Made by a program: the position numbers and the translations under genes
The notes under the pieces: generated by a model
The model's database searches: none
Told to the model about the DNA's origin: nothing
The model's input: the letters and a program-made list of their open reading frames with translations, nothing else
Assembly: GCA_965206745.1 (NCBI GenBank)
Contig: OZ242220.1
Location: 64,001-128,000, forward strand
Source of the DNA: Nitrosopumilus sp.
GTDB taxonomy: Archaea > Thermoproteota > Nitrososphaeria > Nitrososphaerales > Nitrosopumilaceae
Direction of reading: 5' to 3'
DNA: 64,000 nucleotides
Shown: positions 48,201 to 56,366 of the stretch, piece after piece
Layout of the letters: each line of letters starts with the position of its first letter
Numbering within the stretch: position 1 is the first letter of the stretch

Positions 48201-50144
48201 ACTAATCCTGCATACGGATACATTGTAGACTCCCTAGACCATACAACCGGTGACTTTGGAGCTGTGTTTAACTGTGGTACATTAGGGAACGGACAGACAA
48301 ACCTTGGATTTACTTGGACATACACAGATGGCAGTAGCAGCGGCGGTAACACACAAACTGTCACGTCAAGTGTTATAACAGTAAATAATGATAATAACTG
48401 CCGTACGCCAGACAATGAAGCCCCCGTATTTGATAGTCAATATCGCCCAAGTATATCCGCAGGGCACCCCATTCCTCCCCTCTCAACTGTTGTAACAAAC
48501 CCTCCTGAGGATCCAATCGACGAGTTTATCCAATACACTATCATAACTGATCCTCTAAGCCAAGCGGATTTCGGAATCGAAAACGATGTTACAATTGGAT
48601 TGCCACAACACATCCATGATTCTCTGGATCCTGTAACCGGTGAGTTTTCAGCGGTATTCTCATGTGATACGCCCATTGGTGAGGGAGGTACAAGAACATA
48701 TAGTTTTGATTGGACATTACGAGATGAAAATAATGTTAACACAAACAATATAGGTATAGAAGGAAGCCCCGGTAGCGGGGCGCCTGAACCAATGGTACAA
48801 TTTGCCGGTATAGTAGTAGAGCGAAATGACCAATGTACCGAATTAATCAATGAAGAGCCAAGATTTAGAACCTACTTTTCAACTGTAAGACCAGGCGGAG
48901 CCATTCCAGGCCTTAGTATGGCAGTAACGGATCCCGAAGAGGATCCAACAGACACATCCATAGCATACAGAATCATAAACCCAGGCAACCTGCCTGAGGA
49001 TATCGCATCAACCCTAGTTATGGGTACAGGTGAAATCCCAGGACAGTTCGATGACAGCTATCTAGAGGATGTGGATTCAAGATCGTTTGTGTTTACCTGG
49101 TCATATCAGGATGATAACAGGGAATACGAGCCAAGGACTGCCGTGCTGATACTGGCCGAGAACTCTGGCGGCAGCTCAAATGACTGGAAGAAAAAGCCAA
49201 CCTTTGGCAAGTCATGGGAGATATCCTCATCGCAGCTGGTAACTGACGGATTCACATTCAACGACTATACCCTGGATATTACAGACAACTGGCATACCGA
49301 ATTTAGAAGGACCTCATCGATAATCGGTGAGACAAACAGCGTGACTCTAAAGGCATTCTCACCTGATGGATTCAGCTATGTGGCACTGTCACTCGGGGTG
49401 CCAGAAATTGGTATGGCAACTGATGCGGAAACTGACATCATACTGATGCTGGAGAGAAACTATGAGAATCCCGATGATTACGACATTACTGAGATAATTC
49501 ACGAGCAAAAGGAATCACTAGTCGATGAGAGCCAGACAACGGCTACAGTCACCAAGGTACTGTGCAACCCACGCGATGCCGTTCCGTGCCATTCATTTGA
49601 TATAAATTTCAAGGTTGATGCGCCGCTAAAGTCCGACGTGCTGGCAATATCTGCAGTCGATTCCAAGCGACGCAGCACCACCACATACATCAACGAGGGC
49701 GTAGAGTTTACAGGAGATGCAATACTTGCGCCAAACACGCACCTTATGGTGCAGAAAAAGACAAACCAGGGACCTGCAGAGATGCTCACACTAGTCCAGC
49801 AGGACCGAAGATACAACATCTGGGAGGATGATTCGGGGTATCTGTGGGCACAAAATGATCACGGCAGCTGGTTCTCAATTACTGCACCGGAGATGGAGCG
49901 GTTTGAGGACAGGGCAGTCAACGTAATGACCCGGATGCATTCAAACTTTGACAGCCTAAAGCATGACGAGCGCCAAAAGGCAACCCTGATGTTTGATGCA
50001 AGCAAGCTGGTATCAGTGCCTGATGCGACGTTTAACTATGACTATTCCGGCGTAAGCTATGGCGTCTCAAAGATGGACCAGCTGGCAGAGGAACTGGACA
50101 TTGAGCAGGGCAAGGCGCAGAAGATAATGGAACTGTTAAGGTAG
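45261..50144 (+). CDS. large secreted surface protein: Ig/cadherin-like domains, 7 divergent cadherin-like repeats, distinct C-terminal module
   Basis: Signal peptide; ATD.D / FTWTP Ig-like domains; repeats N.VP...Y...IP.LS.AV..P...Y.I...SLD..TG.F...F.W.Y.D; C-terminal DWKKKPTFG...LSLGVP...YINEG. Confidence 0.85.
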   Translation: MNNVTYVLFAVCIVFAFVIVATPPVFAVHSISDSPGGGVTDVPAGVEYRFNFNTTGVQTDQSESWTAVSTEASCTTNSAAIDSDGVFTWTPVIADVGKTCGFQIISTALNADGNSHNNFPTFQFMITSPPNTPPVFDPLPMGFPTSLAAGDRVSFVLRATDADNDALTSVFTPSVSSDPNLRIDENRPQTGTSVFTFTWTPTLAQVGPHDFTITVNDLNPGGRITLPFTLEVTAPPANRLPTISQPSGVNPNPNVGETVVIPFTATDLDDDEITWLTFGGGRYHDDGTAGDRGYTLDQDGVFTWTPQLSDLDVTFVNIGFAIVENHQELERPPNGANILNNQHNIDRITIHTLEFFVQNRAPEIEFPPDTPEIVYIDRLVSFELSATDEDGHTPSFTLTTDLSATITPGGSFEWTPDASLLGTTQEVTFTAADNSPIRPRETTETRSFVVSEITPDNEVPVIVMYEPVILEGEAIPSLAGAVTDPIELPIDEEIEYRIFKSSDLPDYIVESLNSTTGNFLDEDGEAVTFPFGTTASSTTLFFSWTYIDDTGESPPQPQLGSITVNNNPDLVPTVTRGNEGYDIDEYRFTVIDDGPIPPLSTVVTDYPTDPAETPVYAIVDPGNLPTFFLLESNNIPRTFVERLNADTGAFPATFACDSARIGIPIVYTFGWTFTDSTGTSPVQRGTITSQINSVGSCITANNDVPDFAIYGPENYQGTTPHSLSVAVSNPPENPIDRTSVYTIIRNDDVPDYILDSLDPQTGDFATQINCDSLPVEPRTNYRFGWSYQDGSGTYVQNNGQMRVNMNSTCAPLTADRDEVPTLNRYQVEVLEGQPIPRLSTAVTNPFEVPAVTHEYTITSGELRKVQYIRDSLDSATGGFGEVFSCDTVSAGESERYDFVWSFEDGVNSVASAPEGTITVIDDPNCMTEITSTNEVPIVSIYDEDAVEGQTIPSLSTAVFDPPESSTDGAIRYDITAGDLFTNPAYGYIVDSLDHTTGDFGAVFNCGTLGNGQTNLGFTWTYTDGSSSGGNTQTVTSSVITVNNDNNCRTPDNEAPVFDSQYRPSISAGHPIPPLSTVVTNPPEDPIDEFIQYTIITDPLSQADFGIENDVTIGLPQHIHDSLDPVTGEFSAVFSCDTPIGEGGTRTYSFDWTLRDENNVNTNNIGIEGSPGSGAPEPMVQFAGIVVERNDQCTELINEEPRFRTYFSTVRPGGAIPGLSMAVTDPEEDPTDTSIAYRIINPGNLPEDIASTLVMGTGEIPGQFDDSYLEDVDSRSFVFTWSYQDDNREYEPRTAVLILAENSGGSSNDWKKKPTFGKSWEISSSQLVTDGFTFNDYTLDITDNWHTEFRRTSSIIGETNSVTLKAFSPDGFSYVALSLGVPEIGMATDAETDIILMLERNYENPDDYDITEIIHEQKESLVDESQTTATVTKVLCNPRDAVPCHSFDINFKVDAPLKSDVLAISAVDSKRRSTTTYINEGVEFTGDAILAPNTHLMVQKKTNQGPAEMLTLVQQDRRYNIWEDDSGYLWAQNDHGSWFSITAPEMERFEDRAVNVMTRMHSNFDSLKHDERQKATLMFDASKLVSVPDATFNYDYSGVSYGVSKMDQLAEELDIEQGKAQKIMELLR

Positions 50145-50225
50145 GCTTTACAGGCCATGATCTCAGGTCTGATAATATCATAAAACTGGCGGGACCATTC
50201 TACCTGTCAAATGTGGATACGTGGT

Positions 50226-51428
50226 CTAGTCAACAGTTAGATTCTCTTCTATCTCTTCTGCAAGAAAGACCTTACTTGTGAATTTTATGTCGGTTTGTTT
50301 CAAAATCCCTGCATTGACAAGTGCCATGACCGTATTTTTTGCAGCGGGATATGTAATCCTTAAAAATTTGCCAGCATTTGGTATTGTAATGTAAGGGTTA
50401 TTAAATAAATATTCCATTAAAAATATTGCATTACTGCTAGCGTTTCGATCCTTTAATGTCACTACATATTTTTTTCGTAGATCTGATAATTTTTGAATAT
50501 TTTTTATTGTTTCATCAGCCTGGGATGAAAAAGCTTGAAGAAAAAACTTTATCCATTCACTCCATCTGCTTTTTTGACTGACCTCTAATAACCCGTTATA
50601 GTATTCCTCCCTATGTTTATCAAAGAATGCACTCAGATACAATAACGGCTGAGGCAACAAACCTTTTTCATAGAGTATCAGCGGCAAAAGCAATCTTCCA
50701 ATCCTTCCATTCCCATCAAGAAAGGGATGTATTGCTTCAAACTGGTAGTGGATAATTGCACATTGAACCAATGGGGATATTGCATCATGATCTGCTTGAA
50801 AAAATGTCTGTAGGTTATTTAACAATTCCAGTATTTTCTCAGGTGGCGGAGGAGTGTAGATGATCTCTGATATTGTGCCCTGCCTTTTCACAATCCAGTT
50901 TTGTCCATCACGAAACCTGCCAGGATGTTTGTCTTCACCTCGTACTCCTTTTAGAAGTTTTTTATGTGCATCTCGTAACAGATCAAGGTCAACTTGTTTT
51001 CCACCTTTTATTTTATCCAAAGAATTTTCCAATGCATCAACATAATTCCGAACCTCTTTGAGTCCCAAGTGATCCATCTCATTTTTTCCGATATTGCCAA
51101 TAGCTTCTTGCCTGTTCAAATCTTCAAGAGAAGCCAAAGTTCCTTCAATTTTTGAGCTTAGAACTGCCTCTCTTTTCAGATATGCTCTAATCAGAATATT
51201 AGGATTTGCAAGCTCATTTCCCTTTCCTTTTAATTCCCCTATTTTTCTTTCAGCCTTTGCAAGCAACATGATCAATTCACCATCATAATCGATTGTAGGA
51301 GGTAATTTTGTAGGTAGAAATGTTATTTGGTTTTTTTGATTGGATACGAAGATGCCATTTGGTTTTGTAAATTCATCTAGGTTCCATACTGGCTCATTAT
51401 ACCTATCTTTAACAGATTCAACGATCAT
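50226..51428 (-). CDS. Fic family protein (N-terminal inhibitory motif, C-terminal HTH-like region)
   Basis: HPFLDGNGRIGR catalytic motif; SSKIEG inhibitory motif. Confidence 0.93.
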   Translation of the reverse strand: MIVESVKDRYNEPVWNLDEFTKPNGIFVSNQKNQITFLPTKLPPTIDYDGELIMLLAKAERKIGELKGKGNELANPNILIRAYLKREAVLSSKIEGTLASLEDLNRQEAIGNIGKNEMDHLGLKEVRNYVDALENSLDKIKGGKQVDLDLLRDAHKKLLKGVRGEDKHPGRFRDGQNWIVKRQGTISEIIYTPPPPEKILELLNNLQTFFQADHDAISPLVQCAIIHYQFEAIHPFLDGNGRIGRLLLPLILYEKGLLPQPLLYLSAFFDKHREEYYNGLLEVSQKSRWSEWIKFFLQAFSSQADETIKNIQKLSDLRKKYVVTLKDRNASSNAIFLMEYLFNNPYITIPNAGKFLRITYPAAKNTVMALVNAGILKQTDIKFTSKVFLAEEIEENLTVD

Positions 51429-51735
51429 TAAACAAAAACACCCATTTGTTTAATCCGCGCACTCGTAATATAAAAAGATGAAGTTGTTTTTAGGGTTCTG
51501 TAATCTTGGAGACCTGAAATATAGATCTTATTCCAATTCAAAAAATCTCCGACTTTGGTCAAATGCAGTGATCTGATCACTGTTTGTGACCAGAACCCTA
51601 AAGGTTTTGTAAATTCATCTAGGTTCCATACTGGCTCATTATACCTATCTTTAACAGATTCAACGACCATTAAACAAAAACACCCATTTGTTTAATCCGC
51701 GTACTCGTAATGTAAAAAGATGAGGTTATTTTTAG
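51361..51735. repeat. 133-bp direct repeat of the fic promoter and first ~23 codons
   Basis: 51361-51493 versus 51603-51735, 5 mismatches, offset 242. Confidence 0.95.
51489..51602. mobile_element. MITE-like element (repeat family A) with 12-bp terminal inverted repeats
   Basis: TTTAGGGTTCTG ... CAGAACCCTAAA; interior homologous to 14570-14703 and 18390-18436. Confidence 0.55.
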
Positions 51736-51740
51736 AGTGG

Positions 51741-51836
51741 ATAGTGGGATTTTCAACTCATCTCTGCCTAGTCACTCCTACATATGGAGTGCTGAAATCA
51801 CTCGAATTTTACATTCTAGTGAAACCTTCACTCAGC
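51741..51836 (+). repeat. repeat family B copy lacking the left end
   Basis: CTAGTCA.TCCTACATATGGAG..TGCTGAAATCACTC..TTTACA..AGTGAAAC..CACTCA shared with 15450-15555. Confidence 0.8.
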
Positions 51837-51884
51837 AGCGCAAGTTATAGTAATAGATAAATATGAATTTTGTAAGAATTAACC

Positions 51885-52082
51885 ATGAATCATCAGCACA
51901 AGCGACATACAGTGAAATACATATTCACTCCAGAACAAATTGCAGAGCAGAAACAATTTATCAACGATTTAGAAAACAATACGGCAGATATTGTTTTTGA
52001 AGGCAGTTTTTTAGAGGCAAAAGCATATCTTTCTGCAATAGATCAACTTGTAGACCATCATCCAACAAAGCAGACTTTCTAA
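51885..52082 (+). CDS. small hypothetical protein
   Basis: 65-aa AT-rich ORF with ATAAATA upstream. Confidence 0.5.
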   Translation: MNHQHKRHTVKYIFTPEQIAEQKQFINDLENNTADIVFEGSFLEAKAYLSAIDQLVDHHPTKQTF

Positions 52083-52143
52083 AATTCCATAATCGTAGTA
52101 AATAATTAATAAATTTTTATCTATAGTTTGTGACATTCTAGTA

Positions 52144-52803
52144 ATGATGAATCAAGAATTATTCCCAAATCCAACAAACGTATTTTTGAGGCAATATTTC
52201 TATGCTAAGAAAAAAACTCAGAATAGACAAATTGACAACATTGAAATAAAAATAACAAAGAAAACCATCTTTCCAATAATTAAATCAAAAACAAAAGAAT
52301 CCATTATTCAAAAATCAAATATAGATGAATTCATCAGAGATTGTAAAGAGATATCTTCTATCATATATTACAAGTATGATCTGAAAAAAACATTTCAATT
52401 AGATTTAGAAGTTTATCAAATGTGTTTACAAAAAATTGATCAGACAGGACTGTCAAGGGAAAACAAATACATGATACACTGTTTGTTAGATTCACTAAAA
52501 GATTACACAGAAAACATTATACAGATTTCTAAAAGAGAAAAAGAGTTAGAAAACATATCTAAACATCTTGATTATGCAGATTTTAAAAGATCACTTTATG
52601 GAAGCATGCTTGCATTTATTTGTATAATGATTGGAATATTAGCAACACCAACAATCAAAATACGGACAGACATCTTGACAAAATTGATAAATGAAGGATT
52701 TAATTTTGCATCCAATCTTGATTCATATACAGATACATTGGACATACTAACAAATCCTGATGAATTAGAACTGTTAAAAAAATCAGAATTAGACATAAAG
52801 TGA
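52144..52803 (+). CDS. hypothetical protein with antitoxin-like C-terminus
   Basis: Ends DTLDILTNPDELELLKKSELDIK, like Phd/YefM-type toxin-binding tails; AT-rich. Confidence 0.55.
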   Translation: MMNQELFPNPTNVFLRQYFYAKKKTQNRQIDNIEIKITKKTIFPIIKSKTKESIIQKSNIDEFIRDCKEISSIIYYKYDLKKTFQLDLEVYQMCLQKIDQTGLSRENKYMIHCLLDSLKDYTENIIQISKREKELENISKHLDYADFKRSLYGSMLAFICIMIGILATPTIKIRTDILTKLINEGFNFASNLDSYTDTLDILTNPDELELLKKSELDIK

Positions 52804-52992
52804 TACATTGTAAAATACAGAGATTTTAAACTCATCAAGACTTTACAATACAAAAAATGCAGAGAAGAATTAGAGAGACACTACTTGCCCAATTTGGACA
52901 ATATTTTAGAGAAACTAAAAACAAAACCATGTTGCTGGCCTCAGAGAGGATATATTCAATATTTGATTAAATCTCAAATGATCCACACCTAG
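52804..52992 (+). pseudogene. RelE/ParE-like toxin N-terminal remnant
   Basis: Frame without ATG: YRDFKLIKTLQYKKCREELERHYLPNLDNILEKLKTKP..., then diverges. Confidence 0.35.
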
Positions 52993-53335
52993 AAATCGTC
53001 CAGATTTCATCCATCCACACCGGATCCTCTTGATCAACGAATTACCCGTAACGTGATAAATCTCCAACTTGTTGATTGAAGAGAGCAGGTAAAAGAACAG
53101 TCGATTCTGCCAGTAATTTGAACTGTTCAAGATCTTGCATGTATTATCAATTCCTTTACAGCACTCTAGCCTTGATGGCATCAAATGTATAGATGGAATA
53201 ATTGGGAATCTCAGTAAATTTAATGGGATAAAAAAGCCAAGTGAGATTAGGATCAACTCCGGAGGGATATGATAACTCGTGAAAACACCACCCAACAGAA
53301 TACGAATTTATTGCCAGAACCATGCGTGAAATACC

Positions 53336-53809
53336 GTGAATGCAATAGGTGAATATATTGGGGAACTCTGCAAGATCATCTTGCCCATCAATGAGGAGTT
53401 CTACCTTGGAAATCCCGATTCCAGCATGGCAATCTGCACCCTTTCAAGCATGGACCTGCTCAGGAAATTTTCAAATCCTGATGTCTTGAACAGAATATCC
53501 GTTGCAGGACGACTGCTTTCTGAAAACAAGGGAATCGACTCCATAATCAAACATGTCGGCAGGAATCCCAGAGTTGACACAATAATCGTTTGTGGAAAGG
53601 AGGTCTGGGGACACAAGTCCGGCCATTCCCTGTTCCAGGTCCACAAAAACGGAACGGATGAAGACAGCAGGATAATTGGTTCAAAGAGCCCGGATCCGTT
53701 CCTTACAGTTTCAAACTCGGAGATAAAGCATTTTCAAGACAATGTCACCCTTGTGGATCTGATTGGCGTGGATGATTTCAAACTAATTCTGAACAAGGCC
53801 GGATTTTAA
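53336..53809 (+). CDS. MtrA-like corrinoid-binding domain protein
   Basis: GNP.S.MAICTLSS, GRLLSEN.GI, NP.V..IIVCGKEVWGH.SG.SL..H.NG, IIGSKSP.PFL. Confidence 0.85.
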   Translation: MNAIGEYIGELCKIILPINEEFYLGNPDSSMAICTLSSMDLLRKFSNPDVLNRISVAGRLLSENKGIDSIIKHVGRNPRVDTIIVCGKEVWGHKSGHSLFQVHKNGTDEDSRIIGSKSPDPFLTVSNSEIKHFQDNVTLVDLIGVDDFKLILNKAGF

Positions 53810-54147
53810 TAGCCATTCAGCTGTCTTTGACGATTAATCTCGTTCTTCTTTTTGTACTCGTCTAGAATATCATCAGGTGTCAGTTTCAGTTCCAGGGATG
53901 CCTGTACGACAAAATGCCAGATATCAATTAGTTCCTCCCTTGCCTCTGCCTCGTTGAATTTAGCTGGGGTCTTCCACCACTTCCAGTTGGTTGTCCTTTG
54001 TAGCTCCACTGCCTCATGTATGATGGCAGTAGACAAGGCAGAAATCTTTTCCTCGAGATCCTTTGGGTACCTGTCGAGTTTCATCATACCTGTTAGCCCC
54101 TTTTGGAGCTGGAAAATCATCTCTAGTCGATCTTTTTCTTGTGACAA
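53806..54147 (-). CDS. dimeric (all-alpha) dUTPase
   Basis: HEAVEL..TNWKWWK, EELIDIWHF, Y.KKN.IN..RQ.NGY. Confidence 0.9.
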   Translation of the reverse strand: MSQEKDRLEMIFQLQKGLTGMMKLDRYPKDLEEKISALSTAIIHEAVELQRTTNWKWWKTPAKFNEAEAREELIDIWHFVVQASLELKLTPDDILDEYKKKNEINRQRQLNGY

Positions 54148-54186
54148 TGATAAATTAATCTGAGAAATAATTGAACTTAAGTCTTT

Positions 54187-55080
54187 TTAGAAACGGATCA
54201 TCTTTTCATAATTTTTCATGCGCTTTGCAATGTCGCCACTTTTTATCTTTAACAACCCGTCAAGGCCGTATCTTTCCACGGCAAACGATCCTAGGACGTT
54301 TCCATATGCTGCCGCCTTTCTGATATCCGATATTCTGGTGGATTTTTTGCTTGCAAGGTATCCCATCATCGCCCCTGCAAAAGAGTCCCCCGCCCCCGTG
54401 GGATCTACAACATCCTCCAAGGAGAATCCCGCCGTTGGAAAGATTACATCATCATAAAACATCAGGGAGCCGTGCTCGCCCTTCTTGATGATGACATATT
54501 TTACTCCCCACTGCATCATCTTTTTGGCACATTTTACCAGGTTGAACTCTTTTGTTAAAAGTCTAGCCTCCTCATCATTGATTACAACAGCATCCACTGA
54601 CTTTATCATTTTGATTACCGCCTGACGTTTTGTGGAAATCCAAAAGTCTATGGTGTCACACATGGAAAACTTGACATTGTCAAATTCCTTGATTAGAGTA
54701 GTGTTCTGCTCCGGATCATTGTTTGCAAGATATACAAACTGGGATTTTCTGTAGGCCTCAGGTACTGTTGCCTTAAAATCGCCAAGCACGTTCAGTTCGG
54801 TCTTTAAAGTTGATCTTGTGCTGAGGGTACTGTCATACCTTCCATCATAACGAAATGTCTTGCCATCCTTGATGGTCAGTCCCTGCAGATCAAGGTATCT
54901 TGATAAAATTTTGTGGTATGGTCTGGGAAAGTCTTTCCCGACTATGGCAATTAGGCCCGTATCCACAAAGTTACTGGCAGATATCGCAGCAAACGTTGCA
55001 GCACCGCCTAGAACGTTCCTTAGTGTTTTTTTGGGGGTCCTGATGGTGTCTAGCGCCGTGGATCCAAAAACAGTGAGCAT
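54187..55080 (-). CDS. PfkB family carbohydrate/nucleoside kinase
   Basis: LGGAATF, INDEEA, KKGEHG, DPTGAGDSFAG. Confidence 0.92.
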   Translation of the reverse strand: MLTVFGSTALDTIRTPKKTLRNVLGGAATFAAISASNFVDTGLIAIVGKDFPRPYHKILSRYLDLQGLTIKDGKTFRYDGRYDSTLSTRSTLKTELNVLGDFKATVPEAYRKSQFVYLANNDPEQNTTLIKEFDNVKFSMCDTIDFWISTKRQAVIKMIKSVDAVVINDEEARLLTKEFNLVKCAKKMMQWGVKYVIIKKGEHGSLMFYDDVIFPTAGFSLEDVVDPTGAGDSFAGAMMGYLASKKSTRISDIRKAAAYGNVLGSFAVERYGLDGLLKIKSGDIAKRMKNYEKMIRF

Positions 55081-55091
55081 TTGATGAGAAA

Positions 55092-55541
55092 TCAGTTTTT
55101 ATGTATAAATTCTCTTGCCTGTTCCTCTGTCGGATAGTATACGAACGGAATATCTATTGACGTGACTAGCAGATCATATTTTGTCGTTCCAGAAATCTTT
55201 ACCGAACTTGACTCATCTGAACTGACATCCGTATGGAAGGTTCCCTCCACAAAACTGCTGGACAGTGGCTGCAAGGTAAACGGGTCAAGATCCCCCCTTC
55301 CGACAATCTCATCATTGGAGATCAGGTGGAACTCTGTCTCCCCTGCACTTAGCAGCAATAGTGAGGGATTTTTAAATTCCAACTCGACGTTATAGTTTGA
55401 GCCTTTCTCATTCTCATCAAGCAGCTCGCTCTGATTGATGCTTACCTCTATCTGTGAAGCTGATGCATACTGTGAGTATCCAAAGATGCTCATGCCCAGC
55501 ACAAATAGAACTATTATACCCGCCTTTTTGGAGGATTCCAT
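55092..55541 (-). CDS. membrane-anchored LEA-2-like hypothetical protein
   Basis: N-terminal TM, F.NPS motif, beta-rich. Confidence 0.6.
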   Translation of the reverse strand: MESSKKAGIIVLFVLGMSIFGYSQYASASQIEVSINQSELLDENEKGSNYNVELEFKNPSLLLLSAGETEFHLISNDEIVGRGDLDPFTLQPLSSSFVEGTFHTDVSSDESSSVKISGTTKYDLLVTSIDIPFVYYPTEEQAREFIHKN

Positions 55542-55671
55542 GACTGGTTTTTTCAAATTTACATTTAACCTAGAAGGAAAAAAATCACAATAAATTGTGT
55601 AAAAGTTTTGATCTAATCTTAAATCTCCTTAGAGCTAACAGAATAAATCAAGATTAAACAGTAAGATCATA

Positions 55672-56139
55672 GTGGCTAGAATTAAACTCAAACTGGGGGA
55701 AAATGAGATCGAGGTTGACTCTCGGGACTTTTACGTGGATAACCAGACACTTGGCGGAATAATTGATGATATTTCACAGCATTTGCCTGAAAATCAGGCC
55801 AAAATAGTATACGAGACCGAGTCCCCATCTGAGGCCGGGCATTCTGGCCTGGAATATCTGGATGATGCTGAGGCATACGAGCCTGAGTTTAGTGAGCCAA
55901 AACACATTGCTTTAGATGAGATAAAATCAAAATTAAGAATCCTGGAGACAAGCAGGTTCTTTGATTCACCTAGAACCGTCACTGAGACAGTTGAGCAGCT
56001 AAGAGAGTATGGCTGGGCTGCCAGCCCGCTGGACGTATCAAAGGCTCTGGCAAAAATGGCCTCCAGCAAGGAGATACTGAAAAATTCTGAGGCAAACCGC
56101 ACCCACTATTTTGCCCACGAACAGCTAGTAGCTAACTAG
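55672..56139 (+). CDS. hypothetical protein with C-terminal wHTH-like domain
   Basis: IKLKLGENEIEV; FFDSPRTV.E....L...GW. Confidence 0.7.
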   Translation: MARIKLKLGENEIEVDSRDFYVDNQTLGGIIDDISQHLPENQAKIVYETESPSEAGHSGLEYLDDAEAYEPEFSEPKHIALDEIKSKLRILETSRFFDSPRTVTETVEQLREYGWAASPLDVSKALAKMASSKEILKNSEANRTHYFAHEQLVAN

Positions 56140-56331
56140 ATAGCCGCATCTTTCACATTTGGAAAATATTTCCCCATCCAAGTGATCAAAATGCGTATTG
56201 CACTGTCTGCATGTGTGATGCATCTCAAAATACCCGTCCTCTTCAACCTCCCCAATTCTGTTTGATTCCAGGCTTGTACTCTTGCACTTTATACAGTGAC
56301 AGCCACACTCAATCTTCGTGCCATTCTCCAA
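56125..56331 (-). CDS. small Cys/His-rich zinc-binding protein
   Basis: CGCHCIKC, HHTCRQC..HF.H, CERC. Confidence 0.7.
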   Translation of the reverse strand: MENGTKIECGCHCIKCKSTSLESNRIGEVEEDGYFEMHHTCRQCNTHFDHLDGEIFSKCERCGYLVSY

Positions 56332-56366
56332 TAATGTATGTATAGCTGAAATCACTATACAAATCA

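Noticed and set aside
51428-51670. 80-aa ORF as an independent gene
   Set aside because: It is a chimera of the duplicated fic start, the repeat element and the fic upstream region
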